Assembly (NCBI RefSeq): GCF_009914755.1
Contig: NC_060940.1
Strand: one strand, 5' to 3'
DNA: 64,000 bases
Source of the DNA: the human T2T-CHM13v2.0 reference genome, Homo sapiens
Shown here: positions 30,186 through 45,497 of the stretch, piece after piece
How the letters are laid out: the number at the start of each line of letters is the position of its first letter
How positions within the stretch are numbered: position 1 is the stretch's first letter
Program-made: the position numbers and the translations under genes
The notes under the pieces: model-generated
The model's input: the letters and a program-made list of their open reading frames with translations, nothing else
Databases searched by the model: none
Told to the model about the DNA's origin: nothing

Positions 30186-31556
30186 GAGAAAAGACAAATA
30201 TACAGGTGACAAATAATATTTAGAGTGTAAGACGCTTTTTAAAGGTATATTTGCAATTTGTGTCACAACATTTAAATATACATTTGTTATTTTAACTATA
30301 AAATTTCAAATAATTTAAGCCAAATTCATAGTATATGCAGAAAATTTAGCAATATATCTATGTAGCACCTTACTGTGCATTACTGTAACCAGCCGTCTAA
30401 TATAAAGAATTAATTAAGGTAGCAGCTACTTTTCAAATAGCGCATTTTTTTTCACAGACCTATTAAATAAGACAAATAACATTTAAACTTTATTTTTAAA
30501 TTTGCAGGATAGCAGTTTTCAGCAGATGGTTTCTTTTAGCAAATTCCATCTTCACATTGTGCTATGCTTTTATGAGTTCCAGCTGTTAACGGATCATATT
30601 TTACTGCTGAAACCATCATGTGTGATATAATTGCTCATTATGTGCCTTAAAACACAAGCAATATAATTATTTTCAACTTGGAGCAAATTAAAATCTTATC
30701 AGCAATTTAAAATCTCTAGAGTCGTCTTCTTCTGGTTAATTATTTTAAACTTGTATTTTTCTCTTTATGTTTTTAGTGAGTTCTCTTATCAAGGAGAAGA
30801 ACTCAAGGTGATTATTCTTTTTTTCTCTTCCATGCACCTCACAGGTGTGTTAATAATTTCATTTCTCAGAAAATGTTCTTTCATATCTATCTTACATGAT
30901 GAGAGACCTTTTAACATCTTCCATTCGGATGTGATACCAGTAATGGAAAATATTCCAGCTTCATGAATATGGTGATACAAATAGTTATCCGTCTAACCTC
31001 TTTCAGTGCCAAATGTTTACTATACTCAGTGAGTTACTCAGTCGACTGGTAATTTCTTCTGAAATCACTAATGAGAGGATCAGAAGTCTGGCTGTTGTCT
31101 GTACCTCATATGACTCCCAGTGCAGACAATTGTTTCTATGGAGCACAGACAGTTGAAAGGATTGACTTCCTGCCTAGAATAGTTTCTGCTGTGCTTCTTA
31201 TCCTTCTTGTGGAGATTTCAGATTATCTGAATTGCTTTTCTATCTTAAGAAAAAACGCAACAATTCTCCCACCTGAGAGGCATGTAAACTGTAGTAAGTT
31301 AGCAGAACCAATCCGTAAAGTTTTTACATTGTTTGTTGCAAAATGCAGCGCTGGTGTCTCCATCACTAACCTTTTCTATCCCTCATTGCTCTTTCTTTGA
31401 CTGCAATAGGATACCTGTAGGCAAATCTGTATTCCCGAGACAGAGTGCCCTTTTGGTGAGCTATAAGCACACTCAATGGTAGGCTGAAATACTAGTTTTT
31501 ATCTATGGTGAAGTGGAATCATATCAGTGATTTTCTTAAAAAGGAAATTTAACTCT

Positions 31557-31685
31557 TGCTATGGTTTGAATGCTTGCCCCTTCCAAACTCATGTTAAAAT
31601 TTGATCCCCAGTGTTGCAGGTGGGGCTCACTGGGAGGTGTTTGGTCATGGGGTTGGACCTTCATGAATGGATAATACCCTCCCTT
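31557..31685 (+). mobile_element. MST-type MaLR LTR 5' fragment
   Basis: tgctatggtttgaatg...ccaaactcatgttaaaatttgatccccagtgttg. Confidence 0.7.
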
Positions 31686-32569
31686 AGAAATCTAAAGCTA
31701 TCCTCCCTCCTCGGTGCCCTCAGGAATGAGTGTACCATTCTTTATTCACCTATAATTACCCCACCCATCCTTTTTGAGATATTGATTACATGTATGTTAC
31801 ACTGATGCATATTGTCTGACGTATCAGTGAGTTTCTGGTTTTCTTATTTTAGTTTACCATTTGTCCTTTAGTTTGTAATGCTTCTAATTTGTTCTATAAA
31901 TTTTCTGATGTTAGGGTAAAATCCATTACTTATTCTATGTCATGGAATTTTTATTTCAAATATTTATTTTTCATCTATATATGTCACATTTTTCATTTTA
32001 TAACTTCTATTTTTCTCCTATGTTTAATTTTCATTTAAGTACCTTGACATATATATGTATTTATCTATATGTATTTATAAAATATATTTACTTTAAGAAC
32101 CTTGAAATTTCCTTCTTTTTTGTCATTTATAAATGACTTATTTTTATCCTGTTAATATATATCTTAATTATATATATCTTACGGCTTCTTTGCATGTCAG
32201 AGTTTTTTTTGGGTATTTTGATGTTATGCTATTGAATATCTAGATTTGATTGGCTACCTTTGAACAATGTTGTGGCAGGCAGTTCAGTAACTTCAGGATG
32301 AGTATTTGTCTGTTGTTGTTTTAAATCTTCTCTTTAAGCTTTGTTGAGTTAGTCTAGAGCCATCTGTAATTTGGAGCTAAATGAGCACTGTCACTAGGGT
32401 ATGAACCTCCAGTGGTCTTTACTGAATATCCTGGAGGTACAGAGGGGATTCCCTTCTCTGATTAGAATTAGGAATGTAAAGGGAAAAGAGAAAAATAGAA
32501 AGCTATGCATAAACACGTGCATTAAAATGAATTTTATGTGGGCTTTTTCATGAAAATGTTCCTAAGGTA

Positions 32570-32795
32570 TTTTATTTTTTTATTGTGGTAAAATACACAT
32601 AACATAAAATGTACTCGGTTAACCATTTTAAGTGTACAGTTCAGTGGTACTAAATATAGTCATAACATTGTGCAGCCGTCCCTACCATCCATCTCCATAA
32701 TTCGTTTCATCTTGTAAAACTGAAACTCTATACCCATTAAACAATACTTCCCCATTTCTTCCTCCCCCCAGCTTCTGGCAACAATCATTGTACCA
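32570..32795 (-). mobile_element. L1MB-like 3' end fragment
   Basis: ttattgtggtaaaatacacataacataaaa...ctgaaactctatacccattaaacaa. Confidence 0.75.
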
Positions 32796-34754
32796 TCCCT
32801 ATAATGCTAATCAAGCATAGTGGCTGTGTTTCTTGCTTCCTCTAGTCCGCAGGTAGCATACAAATGTAATAAACTACTTATTCATGTCACATCAATTTAT
32901 TTTCTGCCTTATACCAAGCTTGTGGGATTCTCTTCAATACAACATTTTTATACTTACACCTATGCAATACCCATTAGCATCGCCTTCCTAAATCAGGGGA
33001 AATTGAGCCTCTGTAAGGTGGAGTAACTCCCTAAGATATAAAACTCAGCATTGAAGTCTGTATACTTCAATATCCTGCCCTCTTCTCATGTGTCTTTACT
33101 GCCTTTTATGTATGTGTTAGATGTTCAACAAATTCTCTTTCTTAAACTGAATTTAAGCCGTGGAGCAGTGTTTTGTTGAACAATAACTATGATATAGGAC
33201 ACTCTTCCTCCTTTTCATGTATGATCCTGTTCATGAAAAAGAGAAATTCTTTCATTGTGCTAGAAGCTTAAAATAATGAAAATGCCACTTTCTACATTAA
33301 ACAGAAACTGAAGGGAATCAAGGTGAATTGCATGAGACATAGAAAACAAGTGGGAAAGAAATCTAGTATAATTTGCCCTTTGTGTACCTTTATTATTTAG
33401 CGTTTGAGTAAATGATTCCCCCAAATATCTTCCCATCTTAATTCATGTCTATAACGTAGACATTTATGTCTCACCTTGTCAAGAAGGGCCAACTCTAACA
33501 TAAACATTTCCCAAAAATGCTTCCTGCTAAAACGTAAGCTCAGTCTGGCTAGAAATGCAGCTGACTTCCTAAAGATTAATTGGTAGCTAATTTTGCATGC
33601 TGTTCTCTGAACTTGAGTGAAACCTGTCCATCAGGCATACAGGGAATGACAGGAAAGGTGACAACAGAAGATGAATGCTATGTCACTAACCTTCAAAGAT
33701 GACCTGCCTTTTCTTTCAAATTCTTGATATCTTAAGACTTCATTAATTCATGTCTCTTTTCCCTTGGTTCAACATTTTGCTATACCAAAACTCATGTGAA
33801 ACAATGACCTAATGTAATAAAAATGGCATTTTTCTTTCATGTAGTTGCAAGCTAACTGGCATTTTTACAATCCACATATTTCCTTTGTCAATTTTTCATT
33901 CTGTATTGGAAGTAATTGATAGGTATTTCTGAAGGGATGAAGGTGTTTCTGTGTTCATTGTGATCCAAACTACTTTTAGACCTAGTGGCATTTGTAAAAC
34001 AATTTGTGCCCGCTGACCAAGGATCACTGTGGCAGAAAGCAGCAAACTTGCATAAGATGTCACTGCTTCATAGGTTGGCTTTGAAAACTACGGGCTTACT
34101 CTATACTCTTATGTATAAAAGACATTGATAGATGTAGTATAAGATTACAATCATATTTTCCTTTTGGAAGTCACATTATAAAGCATGATGTATTGCAATT
34201 AATCTCAATTAGCTGATCACAATTAAAATTAATAATGTTTATTATTGCTGATAAAAATCATGTCTCTCCTGTTCTCAAATGTGCAAGTAATTCTTTTAAT
34301 TTTAATACAAATTTGCATATTATTATTAATTGATTTGATCTCATTGGATTTGGTTCATGGATCCAATTTATTAAAATATTGATAATGGGATAATGATTTG
34401 TCTCCCCATTTCATGTACACTAAAAACAACATTTCTTACAATGATCTGCAAGCCCATCATCATCTGCCACATGTTAACTGCCAAAATTCTTTTATATCTT
34501 CACCCTTGATCTTACCAGTGGTCCTGGCCACCTCACTGTCCTCTGGACATGCCAACATGCTGCTGCCTTATGGTCAAGACTCTAGTTAATTTCTTGGCTT
34601 GGAAAGATAGCCCTCCATATATCCATTGATCAGCTCATTCAACTTCCTCAAGTCTTTACTGAAACTTCACATTCTCGATGAGGCCTATTCAGTATTTCAA
34701 ACTGCCTCCCAGCTGCAGCATTCCAAAACCCCTTACTCTTCTGTGTATTTTTGA

Positions 34755-37320
34755 AAGGATTTATTGAGATATAATTTACATAGTGTAGAGTGCACACATT
34801 AATGTCTACAAGTCAGTGGCTTTTAGTATATGCACAGATAAGTGGAGCCATCATCACAATGAATTTTAGAGCATTTTCATCACTTCAAAAAGAAACCCCA
34901 CCTTCCCTAGCTGTTAACCTCCTATGCACCCATCCCCTACTCAATCCTAAGCAACCACAAATCTGTTTTCTGTCTCTATAGATTTTCCTAGTCTGTTTTC
35001 ATCTAAATAGAATCATACAATAGGTGGCCTTTTCTGCCTGGCTTCTTTCAGCTGGCATAATGCTATCAAGGTTCATGTACGTATTGGTACTTTCTTTCTT
35101 TTTATAACTGTATAACATTCAATTTCTTGGATATAACATTTTGTTTATCCAATAATATTTTTATTGACATTTGAGTTGTGTTCAGCCTTCGGCTATTTTA
35201 AATACTGCTGCTAAAAATACTTGTGTACAATTTGTGTTTGAACACCTCTTTCCAATAATCTGGGTGTATACCTAGGAATAAATTTCTGGGTCATATGACA
35301 ATTCTATGTTTCATATATTTAGAAGCCATCAAATTATTTTCCAAGGTGGCCAGTTCTACCCATAGAGTATCTAACTGTGGTTTTGATTTGTAGTTGCCTG
35401 ATGAGTGATGCTATTGAGTATATTTTTATGGGATTATTGACCGTTCGTGTATCTTCTTGGGAAACACATCTATTCCTATCATTTATCAGTTTTGAGTTGG
35501 GATATTTGTGACGGAGTTAAAACAATTTTTCTATATTCAAGATACATATATATATACAGACATATAGATACGTGTTTTTCAAATATCTTCTCACAATTTT
35601 TGAGCTGCCTTTTGACTTGCTTGTTTGTCCTTTGAAACACCAATGTCTTTAATTTTTAAGAAATTTTAAATATCTAATTTTTATTTTGTTGCTCATGTTT
35701 TTGGGGTTACAGCTATTTCTTTGCTAGATCCAAAATCATGAAGACTTTCCCATATGCTTTATTCTACCTCTTGCATGTGTGTCTTTAATTCATTTGAGTT
35801 AATATTTTTGTATGCTTTGGGGTAAGGGTTCGAATTTATTATTTTGCAAGTGGTGATCCATGTGTACGTTGTTGACCCAGTTTGTTCAAAGACTGTCTCT
35901 TCCTCATTGAATTGCACATGGTACCACTGTAAGAATCCATTGACTGTAGACACATAGTTTTATATATGGACTCTCAATTCTCTTCCATCAATCTATATAT
36001 TTTTCCTTCATCAGTATTGTGTTGTCTTGATTACTGATACTTTGCAGTAAGGTTTGGAGCATGGGGGTGTGAATTATCCTAACATGTTTTCTTTTCTCAA
36101 GATTATTTTGGCTATTTTGAGTCCCTTACAATTCCATGTGTATTTTAGAATCAGCTTGTCAGTTTCTAGACAGAAGTCTGTTGGGATACTTGCAGGGATT
36201 TCATCAAATCTGTAGTTCAAATTGTAAAGTACTACAATATTAAATAGTCCAATTCATGGGTGTAAGGTGTTTGCTAATTATTTAAATATTCTTTAAACAA
36301 TAATTTTTAATTTTCAGAGTAAAATCTTGTATCACATTTTCCAAATTAATTATTATTTCTTTTTTTGATGCTATTTTAAATTGAAGTGTTTTCTTAAATT
36401 CATTTTGGGGTTTTCATTGCAGATGTGTGCAATTGATTTTTGTACATTTACTTTGTTTGCTGTAATATTGCTGAAATAATTTACGAGTTCTATCGTTCGG
36501 TGGATTCCTTAAAATTTTCTATATACAAGAATGTTATTTTCAAATAAAGTTTTATTTCTTCCTGTTCAGTATGGGTGACTCTTATTTTTTTAGTTGCCGA
36601 TTTGCCCTGCATAAAATCTTTAGTACAGTGTTGACTAGAAGAGGTCAAAGTATATATCCTATCAAAGTATATATCTCTGACCATAGCGGGAAAGCATCCT
36701 TTACCATTAAGTTGCATGCTTGCTGTTGGCTTTTCACAGGTGCCATGTATCAGGTGTAGAAAGTTCTCTATTCCTGGTTCATTGAGTTTTTATTTTTATT
36801 TTTAGTCATTAAAGCATTTGGATTCTGTTAAATGTCTTTTCCGAATCTATCGACATGATCATGCAATTCTCGTTTCTTATTCTATGGATAAGGTGTATTA
36901 CCTTAATGGATTTTGGGCTGTTAAACCAACCTGGGATTACTTGTATAAATTTCACTTTGTCATAGTGTATAATTCTTTTATATGTTGCTAGATCTGATTT
37001 GTTAGTATTTTTAAAGGAAGTTTGCATTTATACTTATAGTAGTTTTATTTTTCTATGCTATTTGGACTAATTTTTGTATCAAGGTAACACTGGCCCCACA
37101 GAATAAATTGGGAAGTGAATATTTCTCTTTTTTAAAAAAGCTAGTCAAGAAGTAATATCAATTATTCAACACTAACAAATATTATTATTATAAATTATTA
37201 ATTTCTCTAATTTTAATTTTCTTCCTTCTGCTTGCTTTAGGTTTAGTTTGCTAATCGTTCCAGTGCCTTAATGTGGAACGTCATCTTATCTCATCCTTTC
37301 ATTTGTCTTTTCATTTTGTA
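34755..37320 (-). mobile_element. Old L1M, 3' end plus ORF2 remnant
   Basis: tttattgagatataatttacata; ORF 36809-37027 contains KRIIHYD..GWFN..MIMSIDSEKTFNRIQ (ORF2-like). Confidence 0.8.
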
Positions 37321-37334
37321 AATAGTGTCTTGTT

Positions 37335-37620
37335 AGCATCAGGTGAGCTCCCCAGGTTGGTAGTACTCCATGTTTGTTGCTGTACAACAGTGACAGGTAA
37401 TATGTCCTGAAGACAATGGAAACTTAACATTCAAAATCTCCTAGATTCCACCTTATATGATATGTCTCTTCTATTGGTCCTAATTTCTACCCTTTCTCTA
37501 TTATAAACCATGAGTACAGTGGCATTCAATGAGTTCTGTGAGTCTTTCTAGTAAACTCTTGAAACTGAGGGTGTTCAGGGGAAACCCCTGAACTGGCAGT
37601 TGGTGTCAGAAGTGAGAATC
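37335..37620 (+). mobile_element. MER21C-like LTR fragment
   Basis: tgagttctgtgagtctttctagtaaactcttgaaactgagggtg...gttggtgtcagaagtgag. Confidence 0.6.
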
Positions 37621-38238
37621 TTCTTACATGGCCTCTTCCTTTGAACTGTGCAGCTGGACGCAAACTCTTCACAATTTGGGCCAGAAGTCTCGTGTTGACT
37701 TTGCAGCCTAAAGTATCTTGTAGTTTGTCTAACCCTCAATAAATTTGCTTTCATCAAATATTGTATTTGTTACCCCAAAATTACCATCACGTTTTTTTTT
37801 CTCCAAATAACTAACATTGGAGAAATAGCCAGCTGAGTTTGTAACTCAACAGAAACAAGTGATCCATATACCATATAAGTGGCCATCTCATTTTGCCTTC
37901 TTCCACCAAATCTTAGCAACCTCAACCATTGCCATGAGCCACTGTAGGCCTACCAGCTACAAACAAACAAGTATCTTGTAAAAACACTTCATACTCCCAT
38001 TTGATAAATTTCCCAGCAAAGAGATGTCTACTTTAACTCTATGCAAGTGGCTCATATTCACGAAGTCTGTAGATATTATTCATGTAGTGTGAGAAAATCA
38101 TCCCAGCGATGCCAGCACATTCTCCTTCCCATGATCTGCTTAGTTTGCAAACATATTCAGGCCATGGGTGAGAGATTTGTATTTCACAGTACAACAATTT
38201 TATGGAGGGCATTGAAACTTACATTGAGCATTTTAGTA

Positions 38239-38580
38239 CAGTCACACATCACTGAATGATAGGGATACGTTTTAACAGATGTATTCATAGGCAATTTCAT
38301 CATTTTGCAAACATCACAGAGAATATTACAAACACCTAGATTGTACAGCCTACCACGTTTAGGTTATATGGTATAGCCTCTTTCTCCTAGGCTACAAATC
38401 TGTGTACTACATTACTCTACTGAATACTGCAGGCAATAAGAGCACAGTGGTAAGAGGTTATGTATCTAAACATACTTAAACGTAGAAAAGTATGTAAAAA
38501 TATATATTATAATCTCATGGGACCACTTTTGAATATGTAATCCATCTTTGACTAAAATGTTATTATGCATGACATGACTC
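38239..38580. mobile_element. Tigger3a/MER7-like Tc1-mariner non-autonomous element
   Basis: TA|cagtca...tgactc|TA; ggtatagcct...cctaggctacaaa core. Confidence 0.8.
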
Positions 38581-39257
38581 TATGACAAAAATAAAATAAC
38601 ACATTGTAAAAAATGTACACAGGTATCAAACATATTAATATTGTAAAAATAAAAATATTTATTCAGTGTAAGAATTTGTAATGATCACAAAATGTTCACA
38701 GCTTATATTTTAGTACAGTTTCAAATACCTAGTGCAATTGCTATTTATTTCTGTGTGTATTTTAAACATGTATATAATAAATATTTTTCAGGTTCAACAA
38801 TATATATCAATCCAACTGGCTCTTATAAATATTAGTTAACATCAATTGGTAAATTCATATATATATATACACACGTGAATCAGTCTGTATGCATGTATGT
38901 GTGTGTAAATGTAACTGGATGCATCCTAATATTTACCCTTACCTACAAGATTTCCAAGATTCATTTATTATCGTTAAATGGTGTGCATTTAAAGATTTAC
39001 CAAATAAAACCGCAATCATGGAATATATCAAGATGTTATTAAATTCATCTTGTGCACATAATTGTTTCTTTAAATTTATGTTTCTTGCAAAACTTGCGGT
39101 AATGCTCATGCACAAAATAATTTTCTAAGTAAAAAATAAAAACATTTTCTCAGTCATTAATTCTTAAAAATTATTTCTCCCCAATAACTGATGTGAATTA
39201 ATTCTTAATTCTTAATTATAGAATAATGTTGCCCTTCAGAGTTCTGAATCTTTTGCA

Positions 39258-39705
39258 CGTTGTATACATTTCACTCACTAGAACATCTTCTGGAATATTG
39301 GCATTAATTAATGTCACTCAGCAATTAATGATTTCAAAGAAATTAAATACCATTCATATTCTGAATCACAAGGGTACTTTGGCATCTTATTTAATCAAGC
39401 TCTTTGTATCATCATCTACAGTTTAATTACTTAACAAACATTTCTCTGTGTGAGAAAGATTGAGCAGGTTATTGTGCTTTTCGTTGTATACATTTCATTA
39501 ACTAGAACATCTTCTGGAAAATTGGCATTAATTAATGTCACTCAGCAATTAATGATTTCAAAGAAATTAAATACCATTCATATTCTGAATCACAAGGGTA
39601 CTTTGTTATCTAATTTAATCAAGGTCTTTGTATCATCATCTACACTTTAATTACTTAACAAACATTTCTCTGTGTGAGAAAGATTGAGCAGGTTATTGTG
39701 CTTTT
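39258..39705. repeat. Tandem duplication, 224 bp x 2
   Basis: 39258-39481 vs 39482-39705, about 8 mismatches by eye; twin ORFs at 39226 and 39450. Confidence 0.95.
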
Positions 39706-41559
39706 TTATGATGCAACTTTTGCTTAATCTAGAGATAGGCAATGCTCCCTATAAGGGACAAAGAGAAAAATGAAAAAGCAATAGAGATGTGACAGGCATG
39801 GAAAAAGACAATACATTTATAAAACAAATAGAGCCACAGATGATGATAATGGGGATCAAATCTTGAGATACTGACTCAGTTTATAACCGCACTGTAAAAT
39901 AGAGCAAATCATTTGTTAATTATTTTACAAATGGAATCTAATTTAATTAAGATGAATACAGTGTTTTAAACAAGGCAGGTCATCTTAAAATAAAATAGTG
40001 GAAAAAGTGATAAAACCAATGTAAAAATCATAAACATTTTATAAAGAATTTTTGTCATGTAATTTAATATTTTTCTTTATTTAAAATCACCCAAATCAAA
40101 ATAATTTTATCTTAATTAACAAATAATCATCAGAAGTTAACTAATTTTTACTTTATAATACTAGGTTTAAAAATTCTTCACTATATTTTTAATCATACAT
40201 GCTTATACATAAAATAGACATAGGGTATATGTTTACATGTTCACAATATTATATTGTAATTGTTCCTATGGATGTGGTTTTTCAATAGAATTAAGTACTT
40301 TTAAAAAGTTTCAATTTCAATGATATATATGTTTGATTTTTCTTTGACAAAGCATACATATATTGATAGGTAATAATAAGAAAATCTTCTAAAGACATTA
40401 CAGGAACATGAATAAGTAATTAAATCCTCAATAATTTGTAATGTTTTATGTAAGCAGAACACATTTAACTGAAAATTGCTTTTATATAATACTCGAACGA
40501 GACTAAAAACATATTAACTAGCGGAGTAAGTCTTCAAATTGATAATCTGAACCATAGAAGAGGAGAAACGTCAAGCACTCAAATATTTGAAATGCTACAA
40601 AATATTTATATAAACTTATTTAACAATTTCTGTTTGTAGAATGCTATACAGTAATCAATATAAATGACATCTCAGTCTTTCTATAGTTTTGACCACATTT
40701 ACCTCCTAATTTTAATTATTAATATGTTGGAGCAGCGCATACAACTAGATTCCGATCTTCCTTTTTAATGAGTAAAAATATGTCCTTTGAGACAGCATTA
40801 AAGAAAGAGCACCTTGTATAAATTCAATGCCAAGAGACAAGATATTCTTGATTCTGAAGTCTTGTTCTTTTATACAGCAATGTAATTAATAAGAAGAAGA
40901 AAAGCAGGACATAGAGATGGAGTCTATTTTCATCAAAAATTGTCTATAGATTTTGATGATAAAATTTAAAACTCTACTATATTTAGTTACTCACAAAAAA
41001 CTAGGTTGTGGGAACGAACATATTTGGTCAATAAAACACCCCTACCAAATGCTGACAAGAAAAAAAGTTAGGTACCACCTTTCTTCTCTGCAGATGGCCT
41101 GAGATGGGTTAATTTGAAAGAATGCTTCCAAACATGAGGTGAGCCCTGAGAACAGCATAATCCACTGCTGTCTCCCACATTCAGTTTCTCAGTTTGTGCT
41201 CTTTTCATTTTGGGGGGAGGGAAGCCAGTCCTTTAAAGCGATCTTCAGCATGATGGCAGAGCCAAGGAGTGTGGACAGGTGGCACGATGTCTGACTTTGT
41301 TCCAGCAGCCACTTGGGCTTTCTCTGGGTCGTCTCTGCCCTAGGGATAGCACTACTATTGAAAACATGTCTTTGTGACATCTCTATGCCAGGAACTCCCA
41401 ACATATTTTCCTTGAAACTGATGAAATGAATACAAATAAACCAAGAGGTGTGCTGTTTGTTTCTGTTTCCTCCTTTCTGCAGCCCTTCTTGATCATCTAA
41501 TATTTTTAAATACATTGTCGATCACCAAAAGGAGCATAAGGGCTTTATTCGTTTGTAGC

Positions 41560-41950
41560 AGATGTATTAATAGCCCAGCCCCTATTCCTTACCTGTAGCT
41601 GCTGGGAAGAAAACCATTCTTAACACTCTACAAGGTCTCATCTCCAGAATTTGCACCAGTTTCTAGCTGAGGACTTTCTCTAGCAGCACGGGAACTTGTT
41701 ACTGGGCATGAAGTGGAAAGAAAAGGTGAGGGTAACTAAGAAGAATCTCCCTGGATTCAGTGATGTAATTCTGAGGCATGCTCCACATAGCTTCCCATAA
41801 AATTAAACCCAGATATCTAACACAGGAACTTACCTCTTAACACGTGTGGTATTGGCTTTTCTATCTTTCCTGTTTTATTTTGTTCTCTTTTCCTTGTCTC
41901 ACTTTCACTGTGTCCTCACTCCTGCTTTAAGAATACCCAAACAAATATGT
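41560..41950 (+). mobile_element. LTR16-like ERVL LTR remnant
   Basis: aattctgaggcatgctccaca...gtattggcttttct. Confidence 0.4.
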
Positions 41951-44900
41951 TCATTTATTTTTTTAGACTCTCAGAACACAGTTGATAGTTGAACTTGTAA
42001 TCTATGATAATCAGCTTGGATGCTATATTGACAGGAAGATGGTGAACTCACAATGTCTAATTAAGATACAATTTAAAAAATATATTGAATCATGTCCAAA
42101 GACTTAAAAAGCCTAAGCGGCAGCGTCACAACTTCTTCTTTTTAGTTTACATGGTTTCTTAAACGCCTACAATTATTTAAAAGGAAGCCTTGAGTCTAGG
42201 AAAAATTGAGACATATGGAATAAATTACTAACCCATTTCTCCTTGAAATCCATTAGATGTTTGATGATTCTTCACATATATTTCTGAACTGAAAAGCTAG
42301 TTGGGAATTATTTTTATAAGCATATCCTTATGTAGTATTTTGTTTCTAAGAGTGAATGGAAGGTTTAAAGATTAAATTATTCTATCCAGAGAATAAAAAG
42401 CAATTATTTCACAAGGAGAACATGTGTATGTTGACACATTTTAAAATCTAGATTTTAAAATAGGTCCCATATAATTTTGAGTCAATTAGAATATGTTTGT
42501 ATCAGTCTGTCTACAGTTTTACACCTGTCAAAAGGTACTTGAACTAAAAGAAGTACCTTGAACAATTTTGAAATTTATTATTCCTCTGAAACTGATTAAA
42601 AGAATTACGGTAGAGTGAAATTTGGATTGGCATAATTTAGGAGAGAAATTATTCCTTGGAGATCAACCTCTGCCAAGATAGTTTATAATGACATTGAGAC
42701 TTTTTGATTTACACAATTTGTTATATAAAAAATACTAAGACGATGACAGATAAAACACAGACTTTAATTAAAATTGTACTAAAATTAAAAGTCTAAATAA
42801 ATTACAAGGGTACGTGGTACATCTAAACGTATGTTTATATATTTTATTTGTGCATTTTATTCCTAGGGTTGCTTTTGCTTTAGTTTGTAAAACGTTCTTA
42901 TTTTTATGACAATGTAGTATATACTAAATAAAGAAAAATCAGGAAATAGAAAATGAAGAAGAAAACATTAGCTATTGTCAACCAAATAAAAATTGTGCAA
43001 TCACTAAGTACATGAACGATGTATTATTTGTACAGCATGTACAATGTTTATGCTTCACAGGGTGAGGTAGAGACTGCAAAACATTGAACCTGGGACAAAT
43101 AAGAAAGTAAGGAAATTTTCACAATATATTAATATTACAGAAAATGTTGAACTTAACAGTTAAGATACAAGTAGTGAAAAATGATAGTATTTAAGGAGAT
43201 CTAGAAAATTTAATCTATATCAGTAATGTGTGAGAAGTATTAGAATAATGCTTGTATTTCTGGATTGGCATCGATTTCTATTGAGACTGGAAACATAATA
43301 GAAGTGAGCAAAAAAGAATTTAAATCGTGGATACTTAAGTTTTATACCTAGGAGTTCGAGAAATACATTTTGTTCCTATCAAAGCAGTTGGCACAAGAGT
43401 GTACAAAATTCCCTAATTGTGTCTATGTGGTGAAGACATAGACAAACAGAGAATAGCAAAAAATAATAGCAAAAAAGCACAAATAAATTTTACCTGTATT
43501 TTTACGTAAAAGCCAATTAGAGTAGGAAAACATGAAATTTGTGTTTTATCAAAATTTTTCTCTTATAGTATAGTTGATTATATTACTGGAAAAAAATTGA
43601 AGCATTGGTATGTTCACAAAAAAAAAAGAGTAAAATATAAGGTCAAAACTATGGGAATGCAGGGAGCAGACAAAATACACCTAAACACTGAAACTGATTT
43701 TGCCCTACGGACATGTAGCAAAATGAATGTGTACAGATTCCTACTGTCATACATCACATAGGACAGTAAAGAAATACATAGTGTTTCCCAAGATAGGGCA
43801 TCACACAGGAGCTCTTCCCTAAAGCTAGCACCAAAATTTATATCCTCAGTCTAAAGAAGAATCAGAGGTAAATTAGTCTCATTTCACATTCCCTGGAAAT
43901 GGCAAATAAAAATGACTTGAGATTGGACAGATTTAAAGAAAATCATTAATGATTTACAGCAATTAATTTAAAAATTGTTTAAATGTGCTGTCCAAACATA
44001 CGTCCAAACACCTTTAGGCCAAGAATTAATATAATGTGGTCCCAGAATGGTGGTGCCTTTAGTAGACTCACAAAAAATTCAAATTCTCTTTGGCAAATTT
44101 TCTTCTTACTAATATGCAAAAGTGCACAATAATAATTTTCAGAGAAAAATAAATCTTTGTCATTCAAAGACATCTAAGTACGCAAGGAAATGATATTCCA
44201 CCATTTGAAAGGAAAGCAGAAAAAGAGTACAAACAGATCCACAAAGGTTCATTAGTAGAAATATCACTGTTAGATTATAAAGCACATTTGCTTTCAAAAA
44301 TTTTAAAAAAATGAATATATATTTAGGAGACTAAAAAATTGATGTAGTAAATTTGAAAAGTAGTTTGTATATAGCATTTTAAATTAAAAACTCAAAAATG
44401 AACTCATCAGATTAGACATGGCCATGGTGAGAGTTCATAAATATTTCAGAATGCATTACAGAAAATTTAAATAAAGGCACAATGTGGACAGAATCATGAA
44501 GAGACATGGAACATACAGTGAGAAAGTGTAGCATGTGTTTAGTGAGTGTTCTCATAGAAGAAGGGAACTGGGAAGGGACAATATGTGATGGTATTTTGGC
44601 TGAAAGTTCTCTAGACTTTTGTAAGACACTAATCCACATATTCAAAACTTCTATGCATGCTAAGCAAGCTACAATGGAGATAAACCTACATCTACATATC
44701 TCCTAGAGAAATAGTAAACAATCAGGAAGGGAAAAATATTTCAATTAGCACTAGAAAAATCAAATTACCTTTAATCATATTGAAATCTGAAAGCATGAAA
44801 GGTAAAATAAACAATATTATTTGTTAAGAATAATAATGCCATTCGGAAATTCTCAACCAAGAAAAATATTCATCAACCTATGGCTAAATAACATATTTAG

Positions 44901-45189
44901 AGACAAAAAACAAAACACCACCAGCAGAATTCCACTAAAGAAACTCAAAGGAAACTCTGAAAACATGCTTCAGAAAGATTGAAGTTCTGAAATCAAAGAA
45001 TGAACACAGAGGAAAATATATTGTAAATATACAGATAGATCAAAATAGAAAATTAGGTGTTGAAACAAAAGGATATTTAAAATTAGATAAACACTGCAAT
45101 ATATATGTTAGGAAGGAAATTATTAGGGCTGAAGTATTCAAAGACCCCTTAATTGTCTGACAAGAGCAGAAAGGTATGACTTTGCAACC

Positions 45190-45497
<308 letters not shown>

